A stretch of 63,923 nucleotides of DNA, the filler included, from an uncultured Gemmatimonadota bacterium (GTDB lineage: Bacteria; GCA-2686955), in the NCBI GenBank assembly GCA_964490075.1. It is 3 parts of 3 records of this genome, joined end to end, with 100 filler letters (N's around TTAATTAATTAA, not from the genome) between each part and the next. Parts side by side here need not be neighbours in the genome. Positions count along the whole stretch, not along the records: positions 26,208 to 50,453 come from CAZBBK010000076.1; positions 50,554 to 63,923 come from CAZBBK010000096.1; 1 more part is not named here. One strand, written 5' to 3'. The notes beneath the pieces are model-generated. The model had not been told where the DNA came from. It searched no databases and worked only from the letters and a program-made list of their open reading frames with translations. Below are positions 48,480-58,538 of the stretch, in pieces (position 1 is the stretch's first letter; each line of letters begins with the position of its first letter). A program made the translations under genes and the position numbers.

Positions 48480-49955
48480 CTAGTACTCCGCAATCGGCGT
48501 CTCGCGCAAATCGCGGAACGACTCGGGCGCCTGGCGCACGCGACGCATCCAGCCGCGCAGCTCCTGCTCCATCTCGTAGGTGCGGCGCGGCGCGCGGCTG
48601 GAGAGGTCCTGGCGCTCCAGCGGGTCGGAGCTCAGGTCGTAGAGCTCGCGCTGCCCGCTGCGCAGGTCGAAGATCAGCTTCCAGGGGCCGTCGCGCAGCA
48701 TCCGCCGGTGCACGAAGAGCCGGTAGTCGGTCTCGGCGATCACCTCGATCTCGAGCGGCTCGCCGCGCAGCAGGGGCAAGAGGCTGCGGGCGTCGATCCC
48801 GACCGGCGGCGCGATCCCCAGGGCGTCGAGCACGGTCGGCAGGGCGTCCATCGAGCGCACCGGCTCGGTGATCTCCAGGCGCTTGGTGTAGCCCGGGAAG
48901 CGGATCAGGAGCGGTACGTGGACCATCTCCTGGTAGAGCGTGGGACCGTGATCCAGCCCGCCGTGCTCGCCGAACTCCTCGCCGTGGTCGGCCAGCACGA
49001 TGATGATGGTGCGCGAGAGCAGATCGAGGCGCCGGAGCGCGCTCAGGAAACGCCCCACCTGCTCGTCGGCCGCCTGCACCTTCTCGTCGTAAAGCCCCAG
49101 GTGGTACTCGAAGTCGGCCGCGCTCATCAGGTCGGAGGCGCGCGGGCCGCCCTCTTCGGTGTAGCAGGTCAGCGATTGCTCGCGGATCTCGGCCTGCTCG
49201 TCCTTGCCCCCTTTCAGGGTGCCGTCGTAGTCGGGGGTGAAGTGGCCCGAGTAGCCGGAGGCCGGATCGAACTGGCCGTGCACGTCGTAGCCGTGCAGGA
49301 AGAGGAAGAAGCGCTCGCTGCGGTGCGTTTCCAGCCACGAGATGGCGGCCGGAACCGAGTGCGGCAGGCCGCCGAACTTCTCGTCGTCGAGGTAGGTTTC
49401 GAAGCCGCGCGAGAAGCCGAACTCGCCCGAGACCCCGGCGTCGCCGGTGAAGCCGCCGCAGAGGAAGCCCTGGTCGCGCAGCAGCTCAGGCATGGTCGGG
49501 ATGGCCGGCGAGAGCGAGGCGCGCTCCAGGCGATCGCCGCCGACTACCCGCAGCTTGTTCACCACGCCGTGGATCGAGGGCCAGCGCCCGGTGAAGATCG
49601 ACATGTGGGACGGAAGGGTCCAGGCCGAGGGCGAGGTGGCGTCGGCGAAGAACACCGCCTCGTCGGCCAGGCGGTCGAGATTCGGGGTGACGTCGCGCTC
49701 GTTGCCGCCGAAGCCGCAGCGGTCGTAGCGCAGGGCGTCGAGCGAGATCAGGCAGATATTGAGCGGCTCGCCTTCGAAGTCGAAGCGGGATTCGGCCCGG
49801 GTGCGCTCTTCGAGCAGGCGGCCGATGCGCTCGCCGCCGCTGCTCTCGGCCTCGGAGGGGCGATCGAGCAAGAGCCAGACGATGACGGCGACGTTTGCGG
49901 CGACGATCGCCGCGCCGGCCATCAGGAAGGGACGCAGGCGGCTGGATTGGCTCAT
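48480..49955 (-). CDS. Membrane-anchored sulfatase-like protein
   Basis: ISLDALRYD, TPNLD.LA, AWTLPSHMSIFTG, HGYDVH, ADHGEE, ELYDL..DP.E. Confidence 0.88.
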   Translation of the reverse strand: MSQSSRLRPFLMAGAAIVAANVAVIVWLLLDRPSEAESSGGERIGRLLEERTRAESRFDFEGEPLNICLISLDALRYDRCGFGGNERDVTPNLDRLADEAVFFADATSPSAWTLPSHMSIFTGRWPSIHGVVNKLRVVGGDRLERASLSPAIPTMPELLRDQGFLCGGFTGDAGVSGEFGFSRGFETYLDDEKFGGLPHSVPAAISWLETHRSERFFLFLHGYDVHGQFDPASGYSGHFTPDYDGTLKGGKDEQAEIREQSLTCYTEEGGPRASDLMSAADFEYHLGLYDEKVQAADEQVGRFLSALRRLDLLSRTIIIVLADHGEEFGEHGGLDHGPTLYQEMVHVPLLIRFPGYTKRLEITEPVRSMDALPTVLDALGIAPPVGIDARSLLPLLRGEPLEIEVIAETDYRLFVHRRMLRDGPWKLIFDLRSGQRELYDLSSDPLERQDLSSRAPRRTYEMEQELRGWMRRVRQAPESFRDLRETPIAEY

Positions 49956-50453
49956 GAGGGGTCCGGCTTGGTGGTTCCAGGGCCTGTGCGGGGGGCTCCC
50001 GCCGGCCCGGATGGAATCTAGCACGGGGTGGGGGTGGGCACGGCGAGCCTGATGAACGTTGACACTTCGACATGACGCTCGCCTTTAGAGCACACCCCGC
50101 CGAGGCGACGATCTCGACTTCGTCAGCCCCGCCTTCCGGAGCGAAAACGCGCCTCCAGGTTGGGACCCCCGTGCCCACCCGGACTTCGGCCCCTTCGCTA
50201 TTCTCGACATTCAGTTCGAAGACGAGACAACCATCACCGAGCATTCTCAAACCTGGGGTCTGGTCGACGCCCTGGCAAAGGCTGATGCCAGGCCCTACAT
50301 GGTCCCCTACGTGAAGCTGAGCGGCTACATGGAGAACGTCAACGGACAGGTGCAAGAGGCGATCATGGACCGTACCTTCTGGCCCGAGACCGTCACCACC
50401 GGCAGCATCGTGCTCAACTCGGGGCCGCCGCAGTGATCGGCCCGATTTTGACA

Positions 50454-50553
50454 NNNNNNNNNNNNNNNNNNNNNNNNNNNNNNNNNNNNNNNNNNNNTTA
50501 ATTAATTAANNNNNNNNNNNNNNNNNNNNNNNNNNNNNNNNNNNNNNNNNNNN
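50454..50553. other. Artificial contig join
   Basis: N-run with TTAATTAATTAA linker. Confidence 0.98.
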
Positions 50554-50555
50554 GC

Positions 50556-52760
50556 CGACGTGGGTGGACCCGCGAGCAGGTCGCGCGCTTCAACCGGGAG
50601 CGCTTCGACGACCTCGTCTCGGCCGGCTGGGACCTCATCATCATCGATGAAGCGCACCGCCTCGGCGGGAGCACCGAGCAGGTCGCGCGGTACCGGCTGG
50701 GTGAGGCACTGGCCCAGGCTGCGCCCTACCTGCTCCTCCTCTCGGCAACGCCGCACCAGGGCAAGACAGACGCGTTCCGCCGGCTCGTCAGCTTCCTCGA
50801 CGCCAAAGCGCTACCGGACGATGAGTCTGTTCGCAGGGAGAATGTCGCGCCCCACGTCATCCGGACCGAGAAGCGGCGCGCCATCGACGCCGATGGCAAC
50901 CCTCTGTTCAAGCCGCGCCGCACGCAGCTCGTCCCCGTGGCCTGGGACGAAGGCCGCCACGAGCAGCGGGCGCTCTACGAGGCCGTCACCGAGTACGTCC
51001 GCGAGGGATACAACCAGGCGCTCCGAGAGAAGAAGACCGCCATCGGCTTCCTCATGATCCTGATGCAGAGGCTGGTCACCTCGAGCACCGCAGCGATCCG
51101 CACGGCGCTCGAACGTCGCCTGAACGTGCTTCAGCTCCCGCAGGGCCAGCTCTCCTTGTTCCCCGAGGACGTCGGCGAGGAGTGGGTCACCCTCGACGGG
51201 CAGGACCAGATGGAGTCCATCCTGAAGTCCCGTCTGAAGGGTCTGAAGAACGAACGCGCCGAGGTCGAGCTGATGCTCTCGGCCGCCCGTCGATGCGAAG
51301 CACGAGGGCCCGACATCAAGGCCGAAGCGCTCCTTGGCTGGGTTCAGCAGCTCCAGCGCGAGGAGAACGATCCAAGCCTCAAGGTGCTGGTGTTCACGGA
51401 GTTCGTTCCGACCCAGGCGATGCTGGCCGAGTTCCTCCGCAACCGCGGGTACACCGTGACCTGCTTGAACGGCTCCATGGGCCTGGACGAACGCCGCGGC
51501 GTGCAACGAGCGTTCGCCGAAGAGGCGCAGGTGCTCGTGTCGACGGACGCCGGCGGCGAGGGACTGAACCTCCAGTTCTGCCACGTCGTCGTGAACTACG
51601 ACCTGCCCTGGAACCCCATGAAGTTGGAGCAGCGCATCGGCCGGGTAGACCGCATCGGTCAGTCGCACGTCGTGCGCGCGTTCAACTTCGCGCTGGAGGA
51701 CACCGTCGAGCTGCGGGTTCGTGAAGTCCTCGAGGAGAAGCTCGAACGGATCCTGGAGGAGTTCGGTGTCGACAAGCTGGCCGACGTTTTGGACTCCGAG
51801 GAAGGCGACGTCGACTTCGACAACCTCTACGTCGGCGCCGTGCTCACCCCCGGCGACGCCGAGCAACGCGCGGCCGCCCTGGCCGAGGAGATCCGACGCC
51901 GAGCACAGGCTGCACGCGATGGGGCGAAGGTCTTGGCCGCGACCGAACGGCTCGACCCCGCTGCAGCACAGAAGATCGCGGCTCACCAGATCCCCTTCTG
52001 GGCCGAGCGGATGACGGTCGCCTTCCTGCGCACGAAGCGAGAGGCTGGAGCGGAAGCAGAGCGAGATGACGTCGGGTATCGGCTCCGCTGGCCCGACGGC
52101 ACCGAGGTGAGCAAGGCCGTGTTCGCGCGGCACGAAGCCGAGGATCCGGGCACGACCCACCTCTCGTTGGAGGATCCGCGTGTTCGCAGCCTGACCGGGT
52201 CCCTTCCGCACTTCGCTCCCGGGCAACCGCTGACCGCCGTGGAGGTCCCCGGTGTCTCCGACAAGGTGTCGGGAACCTGGTCGCTATGGCGGGTGGCCCT
52301 CCAAGCCTCCGAGGGGCGCGAGCAGAGGATGGTGCCGTTGTTCGTCAGCGATGCTGGTCGTCTACTCGGTCCGACCGCTCGAGTCGTGTGGGACCGGCTG
52401 ATCGAGATGGACAGCGACGTGGTGGTTGTTCCCGCTTCGGTCACCGGTGACGCAGCGACGGCGGCCTACGATGACGCTCGGAGGGCGGCCGAAGAACACG
52501 GCATGGCCGTCTTCCGGGAGCTCGTCGACGACCACCGCGACCGCCTCCGGCGAGAGCGGAGGAAGACCGTTCACGCCTTCGCAGCTCGTCGACGTGCGAT
52601 CGAGCGCATTGGCCTGCCCCAGGTTCGGAGTCACCGTCTCGCGCAGCTCGAACAGGAAGAGCGGCAGTGGAAGACCGAGATGGACGCGAAGGAGAACACC
52701 CTTCCCGAGCTGTCCGCGGTGGTGCTCGTGCGAGTCGCGGCCGCCGGGGAGATCGCATGA
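50556..52760 (+). CDS. brxHII: SNF2-family helicase of type 3 BREX (5' truncated by the gap)
   Basis: In frame upstream of the listed ORF: LIIIDEAHR, LLLSATPHQG. Then STDAGGEGLNLQF, YDLPWNP..LEQRIGR.DRIGQ. Coupled to pglZ. Confidence 0.85.
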   Translation, partial: RRGWTREQVARFNRERFDDLVSAGWDLIIIDEAHRLGGSTEQVARYRLGEALAQAAPYLLLLSATPHQGKTDAFRRLVSFLDAKALPDDESVRRENVAPHVIRTEKRRAIDADGNPLFKPRRTQLVPVAWDEGRHEQRALYEAVTEYVREGYNQALREKKTAIGFLMILMQRLVTSSTAAIRTALERRLNVLQLPQGQLSLFPEDVGEEWVTLDGQDQMESILKSRLKGLKNERAEVELMLSAARRCEARGPDIKAEALLGWVQQLQREENDPSLKVLVFTEFVPTQAMLAEFLRNRGYTVTCLNGSMGLDERRGVQRAFAEEAQVLVSTDAGGEGLNLQFCHVVVNYDLPWNPMKLEQRIGRVDRIGQSHVVRAFNFALEDTVELRVREVLEEKLERILEEFGVDKLADVLDSEEGDVDFDNLYVGAVLTPGDAEQRAAALAEEIRRRAQAARDGAKVLAATERLDPAAAQKIAAHQIPFWAERMTVAFLRTKREAGAEAERDDVGYRLRWPDGTEVSKAVFARHEAEDPGTTHLSLEDPRVRSLTGSLPHFAPGQPLTAVEVPGVSDKVSGTWSLWRVALQASEGREQRMVPLFVSDAGRLLGPTARVVWDRLIEMDSDVVVVPASVTGDAATAAYDDARRAAEEHGMAVFRELVDDHRDRLRRERRKTVHAFAARRRAIERIGLPQVRSHRLAQLEQEERQWKTEMDAKENTLPELSAVVLVRVAAAGEIA

Positions 52761-54820
52761 GCCGGCCTGCACCAGGCAAGAGCTGGCGGATGCCGATCCT
52801 CGCGCACTTCACCCGCGAGATTGCGGCCGTGTCCCGGCTGACCATCGTCGCCGACCCGGACCAGTTGCTCACCGAGCAAGGCGTCCTGGACGGCATTCGG
52901 CGGCTCGGCTTCGAGCTCATCCCCTTCGAGGACCACGTCGCCTTCCGCTACGCCTTTGAGAGCCGGTATCGGCAGGTCTGGGACCGAGGCGACGACACCA
53001 ACCTGGTGGTCGTACTGCGAGCTGGCCAGTCCGATGTCAGCGCTTTGCCCTTCGACCTGCTCGAGCAGGCGCGACGGAACTCGCGGCTGCTCTCCTTCAG
53101 CATCGGAGAGCTGTTCCCGCATCTCGATCCGCAGGTCGTTGCAGACCTGGACCGGGCTGACCTCGATGCGCTCTACCGAGCACAGGCCACACACCAGCCG
53201 GGTCCGATCGGCGAGAACGCGACCAAGGACTTCATCCTGCGTCACGTGTTCGAGGTTGCCGCCGAGCTGATCAAGACACCGGCCGACCTGATCCGCGTGC
53301 TGCTGCGCCGCCACTACCGGGGCCGGGCCTTTCCGCCGTCGCTCGATGAGCGCTTCATCCACCTGCTGCAGCAGACGGGCAACTGGAAGGACTGGCCGCT
53401 CGGGGAGATCGTACCCGACCGCACGGCCTTCCTCGGCTTCCTGGAGGAGCGCTGGCCGATCTTCCTGCGACGCAAGGTGGCGAGCCCGGATCGCGTGGCC
53501 GAGCCCAAGAAGGCATACGGCCTGCGATTCAAGGGCCCGGACGACCTCCCCTTCGACCACGACGACGTGCGTGTCTACATCGACAACCTCTTCATCGAGG
53601 GGCACCTGCCGCCCACCGATGCAGTGCCGAAGGCTGCGGTCGAGGGCACGTGGATGGCGGTGGGCGTCGTCGGCGATGCGGAGACCGACGCGCTCGACAG
53701 GTTCCAGAAGCTTCTTGCGCGCATCGAGAAGGATCTACCGGGGTCGGACGCCGAGCATGCCGCGTGGCTCGAGGTGGCGTTCCGCTGGGCTGAGGCGACC
53801 GCTCTGCGATGGCGGCTCCCATCGGAGGCGATAGATGGGACGTGTTCGGACATCGAGCAGCTCCACGACCGGATCGAGGATGGCTTCACGGCCTGGATGC
53901 TCGAGCACTACGCCTCGCTACACAACCTGGCGTACTTGCCGAAGCCCGTGATGGTCCACCACGTGCCACGCTTCCTGGCCCACAACTTCGCACCGACCGG
54001 TTCCGGTGGTGCCCACCAGAAGTACGCGGTCGTGGTCGTCGATGGGCTCGCACTCGATCAGTGGGCCTTGCTCCGCGAGGACCTTGAGACGAATGCGGGC
54101 TGGACGACGGACGAGAGCGCCGTCTTCGCCTGGGTGCCCACGCTGACCTCCGTCTCCAGGCAGTCGATCTTCGCCGGCGATCCGCCCTTCTACTTCGCCG
54201 CCAGCATCGACAGTACCCACAAGGAGGAACACCACTGGCGTCGGTTCTGGGAGGACCACGGTGCCCGCAGGGTGGAGGTCGCCTACACCTGCCAGAAGAA
54301 GCAGGAGGACGAGGACGGATTCCTCGGGCGCGTTCGCGAGCTCGCCGAGCATCCGAAGTGCCGCCTGCTCGGAGTCGTCGTGGGCACCATCGACCAGACG
54401 ATGCACGGGACCGTGATGGGCAGCGGCGGCATGCATGCGAGCGTCCGGCACTGGGCCGAGGTCGGGCGGTTCCGAAACCTCGTCGGGCTTCTCATGGAGA
54501 ACGACTTCGATGTCTTCGTCACGGCCGACCACGGGAACATCGAAGGCGTGGGGATGGGCAAGCCGAAGGTCGGCGCCATCGCCGACGAGCGCGGCCAGCG
54601 CGTGCACGTGTTCCGCGACGACCTGACCCGGGCGAAGGTCCACGAGGACTACGCCGAGACCATGGTGTGGCCGCAGGTGGGCATCCCGGAGGACTACCGG
54701 GCCCTGCTGGCCGCCAAGCGTCACGCCTTCATCCACGAAGGCAAGCGGGCGGTGGCCCACGGTGGGATCTCCATCGAGGAGGTGATCGTGCCCTTCGTCA
54801 GGATCGTGGGGGGAGGATGA
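52757..54820 (+). CDS. pglZ: BREX-3 phosphatase PglZ
   Basis: [47 protein letters not shown]. Confidence 0.92.
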   Translation: MSRPAPGKSWRMPILAHFTREIAAVSRLTIVADPDQLLTEQGVLDGIRRLGFELIPFEDHVAFRYAFESRYRQVWDRGDDTNLVVVLRAGQSDVSALPFDLLEQARRNSRLLSFSIGELFPHLDPQVVADLDRADLDALYRAQATHQPGPIGENATKDFILRHVFEVAAELIKTPADLIRVLLRRHYRGRAFPPSLDERFIHLLQQTGNWKDWPLGEIVPDRTAFLGFLEERWPIFLRRKVASPDRVAEPKKAYGLRFKGPDDLPFDHDDVRVYIDNLFIEGHLPPTDAVPKAAVEGTWMAVGVVGDAETDALDRFQKLLARIEKDLPGSDAEHAAWLEVAFRWAEATALRWRLPSEAIDGTCSDIEQLHDRIEDGFTAWMLEHYASLHNLAYLPKPVMVHHVPRFLAHNFAPTGSGGAHQKYAVVVVDGLALDQWALLREDLETNAGWTTDESAVFAWVPTLTSVSRQSIFAGDPPFYFAASIDSTHKEEHHWRRFWEDHGARRVEVAYTCQKKQEDEDGFLGRVRELAEHPKCRLLGVVVGTIDQTMHGTVMGSGGMHASVRHWAEVGRFRNLVGLLMENDFDVFVTADHGNIEGVGMGKPKVGAIADERGQRVHVFRDDLTRAKVHEDYAETMVWPQVGIPEDYRALLAAKRHAFIHEGKRAVAHGGISIEEVIVPFVRIVGGG

Positions 54821-55593
54821 CGCGCAGGAGCGCCATAGGGTTCGACCGGCGGATCGACATCGAGTGGGTCGACGCGGCGGCGGGCAAGGTCGCCTCCGGC
54901 TCGAGCGAGCAGGAGGTCCGCGAGTACCTCTGGAAGATGCTGGACGGTGTCGTCTCCGGCGAGAAGCGCAACAGCGCTCGGGGCAAGACCGTCACCGTGC
55001 TCAGCCACATCTGGTCCCAGGTGCCTGCTCGCGCTCGCCCGCTACGAGACCGAGCCGTGGAGCTCCTGCCGGAGGTGAAGCCGGAGCAGCGGCTCGCCAT
55101 CCACTGGGCGATGGTGCTCGGGACCTACCCGTTCGCGACGGACGTGGCAGCGGGCGTGGGGAAGCTGCTCGCTCTCCAGGGCGACGTCGCCCTGTCGCAG
55201 CTGACCAGGAGGCTCGTCGAGACCTGGGGCGAGCGCTCGACCATGGTGCGCGCGGCGCAACGCATCGTCCGGTCCATGGTCCAGTGGGGCGTGCTGAAGG
55301 ACACCGACGTTCGAGGGATCTACGAGCGCGCCGACAGGCGTCGCGTCGTGAACAACCAGATTGCGCAGTTGCTCATCGAGGCGTTGCTGGTCGACGCCGG
55401 CGAACGCCTCATTTCGGTGGACCAGCTCGTCGGCCACGCGGCGCTGTTCCCGTTCAATCTCTCGATCGGCGCCCACCAGCTCCGCAGGGCAGACCAGTTT
55501 CGGGTTCACCGACAGGGGCTGGATGTGGACGTGGTCGGGCTGGCCGACAAGCCCAAGCCCCCGAAGCAGCCCGAGCAGATGACGCTCTGCTAG
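54817..55593 (+). CDS. brxA: BREX-3 BrxA-like protein
   Basis: IGFDR.I..EW, KT.TVL..IW, IHW.M....YPF, WGERST..RA, LFPF. Terminal position after pglZ. Confidence 0.7.
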   Translation: MTRRSAIGFDRRIDIEWVDAAAGKVASGSSEQEVREYLWKMLDGVVSGEKRNSARGKTVTVLSHIWSQVPARARPLRDRAVELLPEVKPEQRLAIHWAMVLGTYPFATDVAAGVGKLLALQGDVALSQLTRRLVETWGERSTMVRAAQRIVRSMVQWGVLKDTDVRGIYERADRRRVVNNQIAQLLIEALLVDAGERLISVDQLVGHAALFPFNLSIGAHQLRRADQFRVHRQGLDVDVVGLADKPKPPKQPEQMTLC

Positions 55594-55851
55594 GCAAGCC
55601 GTTTTCGTCTGCCGCGATCCACGACCTGGTTCGCGATCGAGCGGTACGAATCCTGGTCTTGGTCGAGGCACGTCTCCGATAGCAGGGCGCGGCGGGCGAA
55701 GTCCGTGAACGTCCGGCGCGACCGGTTCCGCGACGTGATTGCCCGTGCCGCCACCAATCGGCGCTCCCTAAACAAGAGGCCAGGCCCACCGGGTGGATGA
55801 GACCGCCAAGACGGCCCAGCGTACCAGCCGTACGGTGAATGCACTGGGCTC

Positions 55852-57177
55852 TCATTGCGCGATGACGTCCGAAACCCAGAGCAGCGAGATCTCCAGGCGC
55901 TCCAGCAAATGCTCTGAGTGGCCGCCGCCGTGCCGATCGAGCGTCACCGAATCGAGGTTGCGGCCCAGCGCCTCGGCGAAGCGCTCGCTGTCGTCGCTCA
56001 GTCCATACTCGTCCGAGCCCCCCGCATCGATCCACACCGCGCTGCCGGCGTCGGCCAGCGGTGCCATCGCCGCGGCGTCGCCCGCCATGATCAGCGGATC
56101 GTGGTAGAGGCTCCAGCGCAGCAGCACTCCGTCGACGATGCCGCCGTCGGCCTGGACCGGCAGCCAGACGCCGAGCCACAGATCGTCGGCGGGGGCTGCG
56201 CGCCTCTGGGCGCCTGCCAGACGCCGAATCGGCACCTGGAAGTTGTTGAGCGGATCGCCGTCCGGATCGGCGTGGGACAGGTTGGAGTCGATCTGGGCCG
56301 CCATGTCGAAGGAATCGAGCGGTCCGAGAGCCGGCGAGAAGGCGGCCGCCATCGCGAAGATCATTTCTGAGAAGGGGGCGTCCGGGTGGTCGCGCAGCGT
56401 CGCGCTCTCCGGTATCAGACGGTCCTCGCCCAGCAGAGCCCGGGTCTCGGCGAGCAGCGCCCCGGCCCAGCTGGCGCCCACGATGGGGTCGGCGTTCATG
56501 ATTCCGCCGCGCAGGTCCAGGAAGCCCGAGTGCAGCACCAGCGCTTCGAAGACCGGCGCCCGCACGGCGCCGACGAAGGCGCCGTAGGCCCCCATGCCGA
56601 CCCCGCCGATGGCGCGCCCGCCGGCGCTGCCGCCACCGGCCAGCACCACCTCCGTGTCGAAGGGCTCGGTGCGCGTGGCGAAGCGCGCCTCGGCATCCTC
56701 CATGACTCGAAAGAGCTGGCCGCCCCAGGGGCCGAAGGCGTTGTCGTCGACCGGATCGCCGCCGGGAACCAGAACCGAGTCGGTGTAGAAGCCGCCTCCC
56801 ATCTCATTCAGACCGTTCGGCATCACCACCAGGATCGGATCGATCTCGCCGGAATCGATCAACCGGTCCAGCAACGCGCCGAGGCCCAGGAACAGGGGGT
56901 AAGCGCTCAAATCCTGGCCCAGGTCGGTGAGCAGGTAGAGCACGGGGAGAGGCTCGTCGCCGCCGGGCGGCAGGTAGGCGAAGTAGGAGGGTGGCTCCTC
57001 GGCGCCGCCGCTGCGCAAGGTGGGCTGGGTCGCGACCAGGGGATCGGCGACGCGAACCTCGACGATCTCGCCGCGCTGCGCGGGACGCGGCAGCTCGACC
57101 ACCTCGGCCTTCTCGCAGGCCTGGGCCACGAGCAGTGCGAGCGCGATCGAGAGGCGTGGGCGCCGGGCGCGGGTCAT
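55852..57177 (-). CDS. Esterase-like alpha/beta-hydrolase lipoprotein (nucleophile Ser absent)
   Basis: Lipobox AQAC, YLPPG...PVLYLL, ILVVMPNG....FY.D, AIGGVGMGAYGA, D.G..DE, GGH. Confidence 0.75.
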   Translation of the reverse strand: MTRARRPRLSIALALLVAQACEKAEVVELPRPAQRGEIVEVRVADPLVATQPTLRSGGAEEPPSYFAYLPPGGDEPLPVLYLLTDLGQDLSAYPLFLGLGALLDRLIDSGEIDPILVVMPNGLNEMGGGFYTDSVLVPGGDPVDDNAFGPWGGQLFRVMEDAEARFATRTEPFDTEVVLAGGGSAGGRAIGGVGMGAYGAFVGAVRAPVFEALVLHSGFLDLRGGIMNADPIVGASWAGALLAETRALLGEDRLIPESATLRDHPDAPFSEMIFAMAAAFSPALGPLDSFDMAAQIDSNLSHADPDGDPLNNFQVPIRRLAGAQRRAAPADDLWLGVWLPVQADGGIVDGVLLRWSLYHDPLIMAGDAAAMAPLADAGSAVWIDAGGSDEYGLSDDSERFAEALGRNLDSVTLDRHGGGHSEHLLERLEISLLWVSDVIAQ

Positions 57178-58400
57178 GGCGTCCAGATCCAGGTCAGGGT
57201 CAATCCGCGGCGCCGCAGCGAGTCGTGTCCCGAGAGCTCGGCATAGCCCTCGCGGACCTGCTCTCCCGTCCAGCGCAGCGCGGCGGCGATGCGCATCCGA
57301 TCGCCGGCGCGCCAGCTGGCGCCGATCCCCCAGGTGGCGGCGATCGCCTGCTGCGCGAAGAGCGGACTCGCTTCTTCCAGAGCGGCGCCGTCCAGCTCGA
57401 GCCCGATCCAGGCGGCAGCCGGTCCCCAGTCCCAGTCGATCGAGCCCGCTCCGCGCCAGGCCGAGCTCCAGGTCGTCCGCCAAGTCGGATCGGGGGCGGG
57501 ATGCTCGTCGGAGATCCCTTCGATCCAGGGATCCGGTGTGCCGCCCGAGAGCTTCGCCCGGTCGCACCACCCGAGCGCGACGCGGATCCCTCCCTGGAGC
57601 ACCGGACGGTGGCGCGCTTCGATCCAGATCTGCGCCGGCGAACGGCGCCGAATCTCGTAGCGGCCGGTTTCGACGACCTCTGCGGGCAACCCCTCGGTCC
57701 ATTGCAGCGCCGCGGGGACGTCGGAGCGAGCCGACGCGTCCCGAGTCCAGCGCCCGCTCGCCTGTGAGCGGAGCGTGGCGCCTAGCTCGAGCCGGGGGTG
57801 GAGATCGAGCCACAGTCCCACACTTCCGCCGCCCGTGAGCCCCGCCCCGGAGCTGCTCAGGTGGGTGTAGAGCCGCGACAGGGGAGGAGCGAGCCCCGAA
57901 GAGGTCGAAAGAGTGTGCTCGATGTCGGAGCTCCAACGCTCCGTGAAGAGTGTCGCTCCAATGCGCACGCGCTCGCCGAGATCGGTGCCGAGCCAGGCAT
58001 TGAGACGCGCGGCCCAGATGCGGGCGCGCCAATCGACGCCAGGATCGCTCAGCTCGTCGTTGTAGCCGGGCGGCAGCGCCATCAGATCCCAGGCGCTGTC
58101 GGCGATCAGCTCGCTGCCCAAGGTCACGCCGATGGTCCAGCGACCGTGCCGGGTAGCGGCCGCGGCTTCGGGCAGCGCCATGATGCGGGCGCCGGTGGCG
58201 CTGCGGGTTCGCTGGTCGTAGCCGGGATCCGGTTGCAGCGGCGTGTGGTCGGCCGCCGTCGCCCAGGTGCGCAGTGCCAGGCTCAGCGCCGGGCGCAGGG
58301 GGCGGGCGGGGTTCTCTGGCAGGATCGAGGCGAGGGAGGGCCACGGCGCGGCAGCGACAAGCATCAGGCCGACCAAGACCCTCGTCGGCGGAAGGCCCAT
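57174..58400 (-). CDS. Probable outer-membrane beta-barrel (FadL/OmpP1-like)
   Basis: Signal peptide, ENPA motif, alternating amphipathic strands, C-terminal LTLTWIW. Coupled to the esterase-like gene. Confidence 0.55.
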   Translation of the reverse strand: MGLPPTRVLVGLMLVAAAPWPSLASILPENPARPLRPALSLALRTWATAADHTPLQPDPGYDQRTRSATGARIMALPEAAAATRHGRWTIGVTLGSELIADSAWDLMALPPGYNDELSDPGVDWRARIWAARLNAWLGTDLGERVRIGATLFTERWSSDIEHTLSTSSGLAPPLSRLYTHLSSSGAGLTGGGSVGLWLDLHPRLELGATLRSQASGRWTRDASARSDVPAALQWTEGLPAEVVETGRYEIRRRSPAQIWIEARHRPVLQGGIRVALGWCDRAKLSGGTPDPWIEGISDEHPAPDPTWRTTWSSAWRGAGSIDWDWGPAAAWIGLELDGAALEEASPLFAQQAIAATWGIGASWRAGDRMRIAAALRWTGEQVREGYAELSGHDSLRRRGLTLTWIWTP

Positions 58401-58538
58401 GCCCGGGATCGATCGGCTGCGATGGGAGCGTGCGGCGCGCATCGGCGCACTCTACCGCGTTCACCGACTTGTCGCCCGGCAGCGGTTCGTGGTCCACTGC
58501 ATCTGCTTGCCACGTCCGCCCAATCACCAGGAGCTTCC

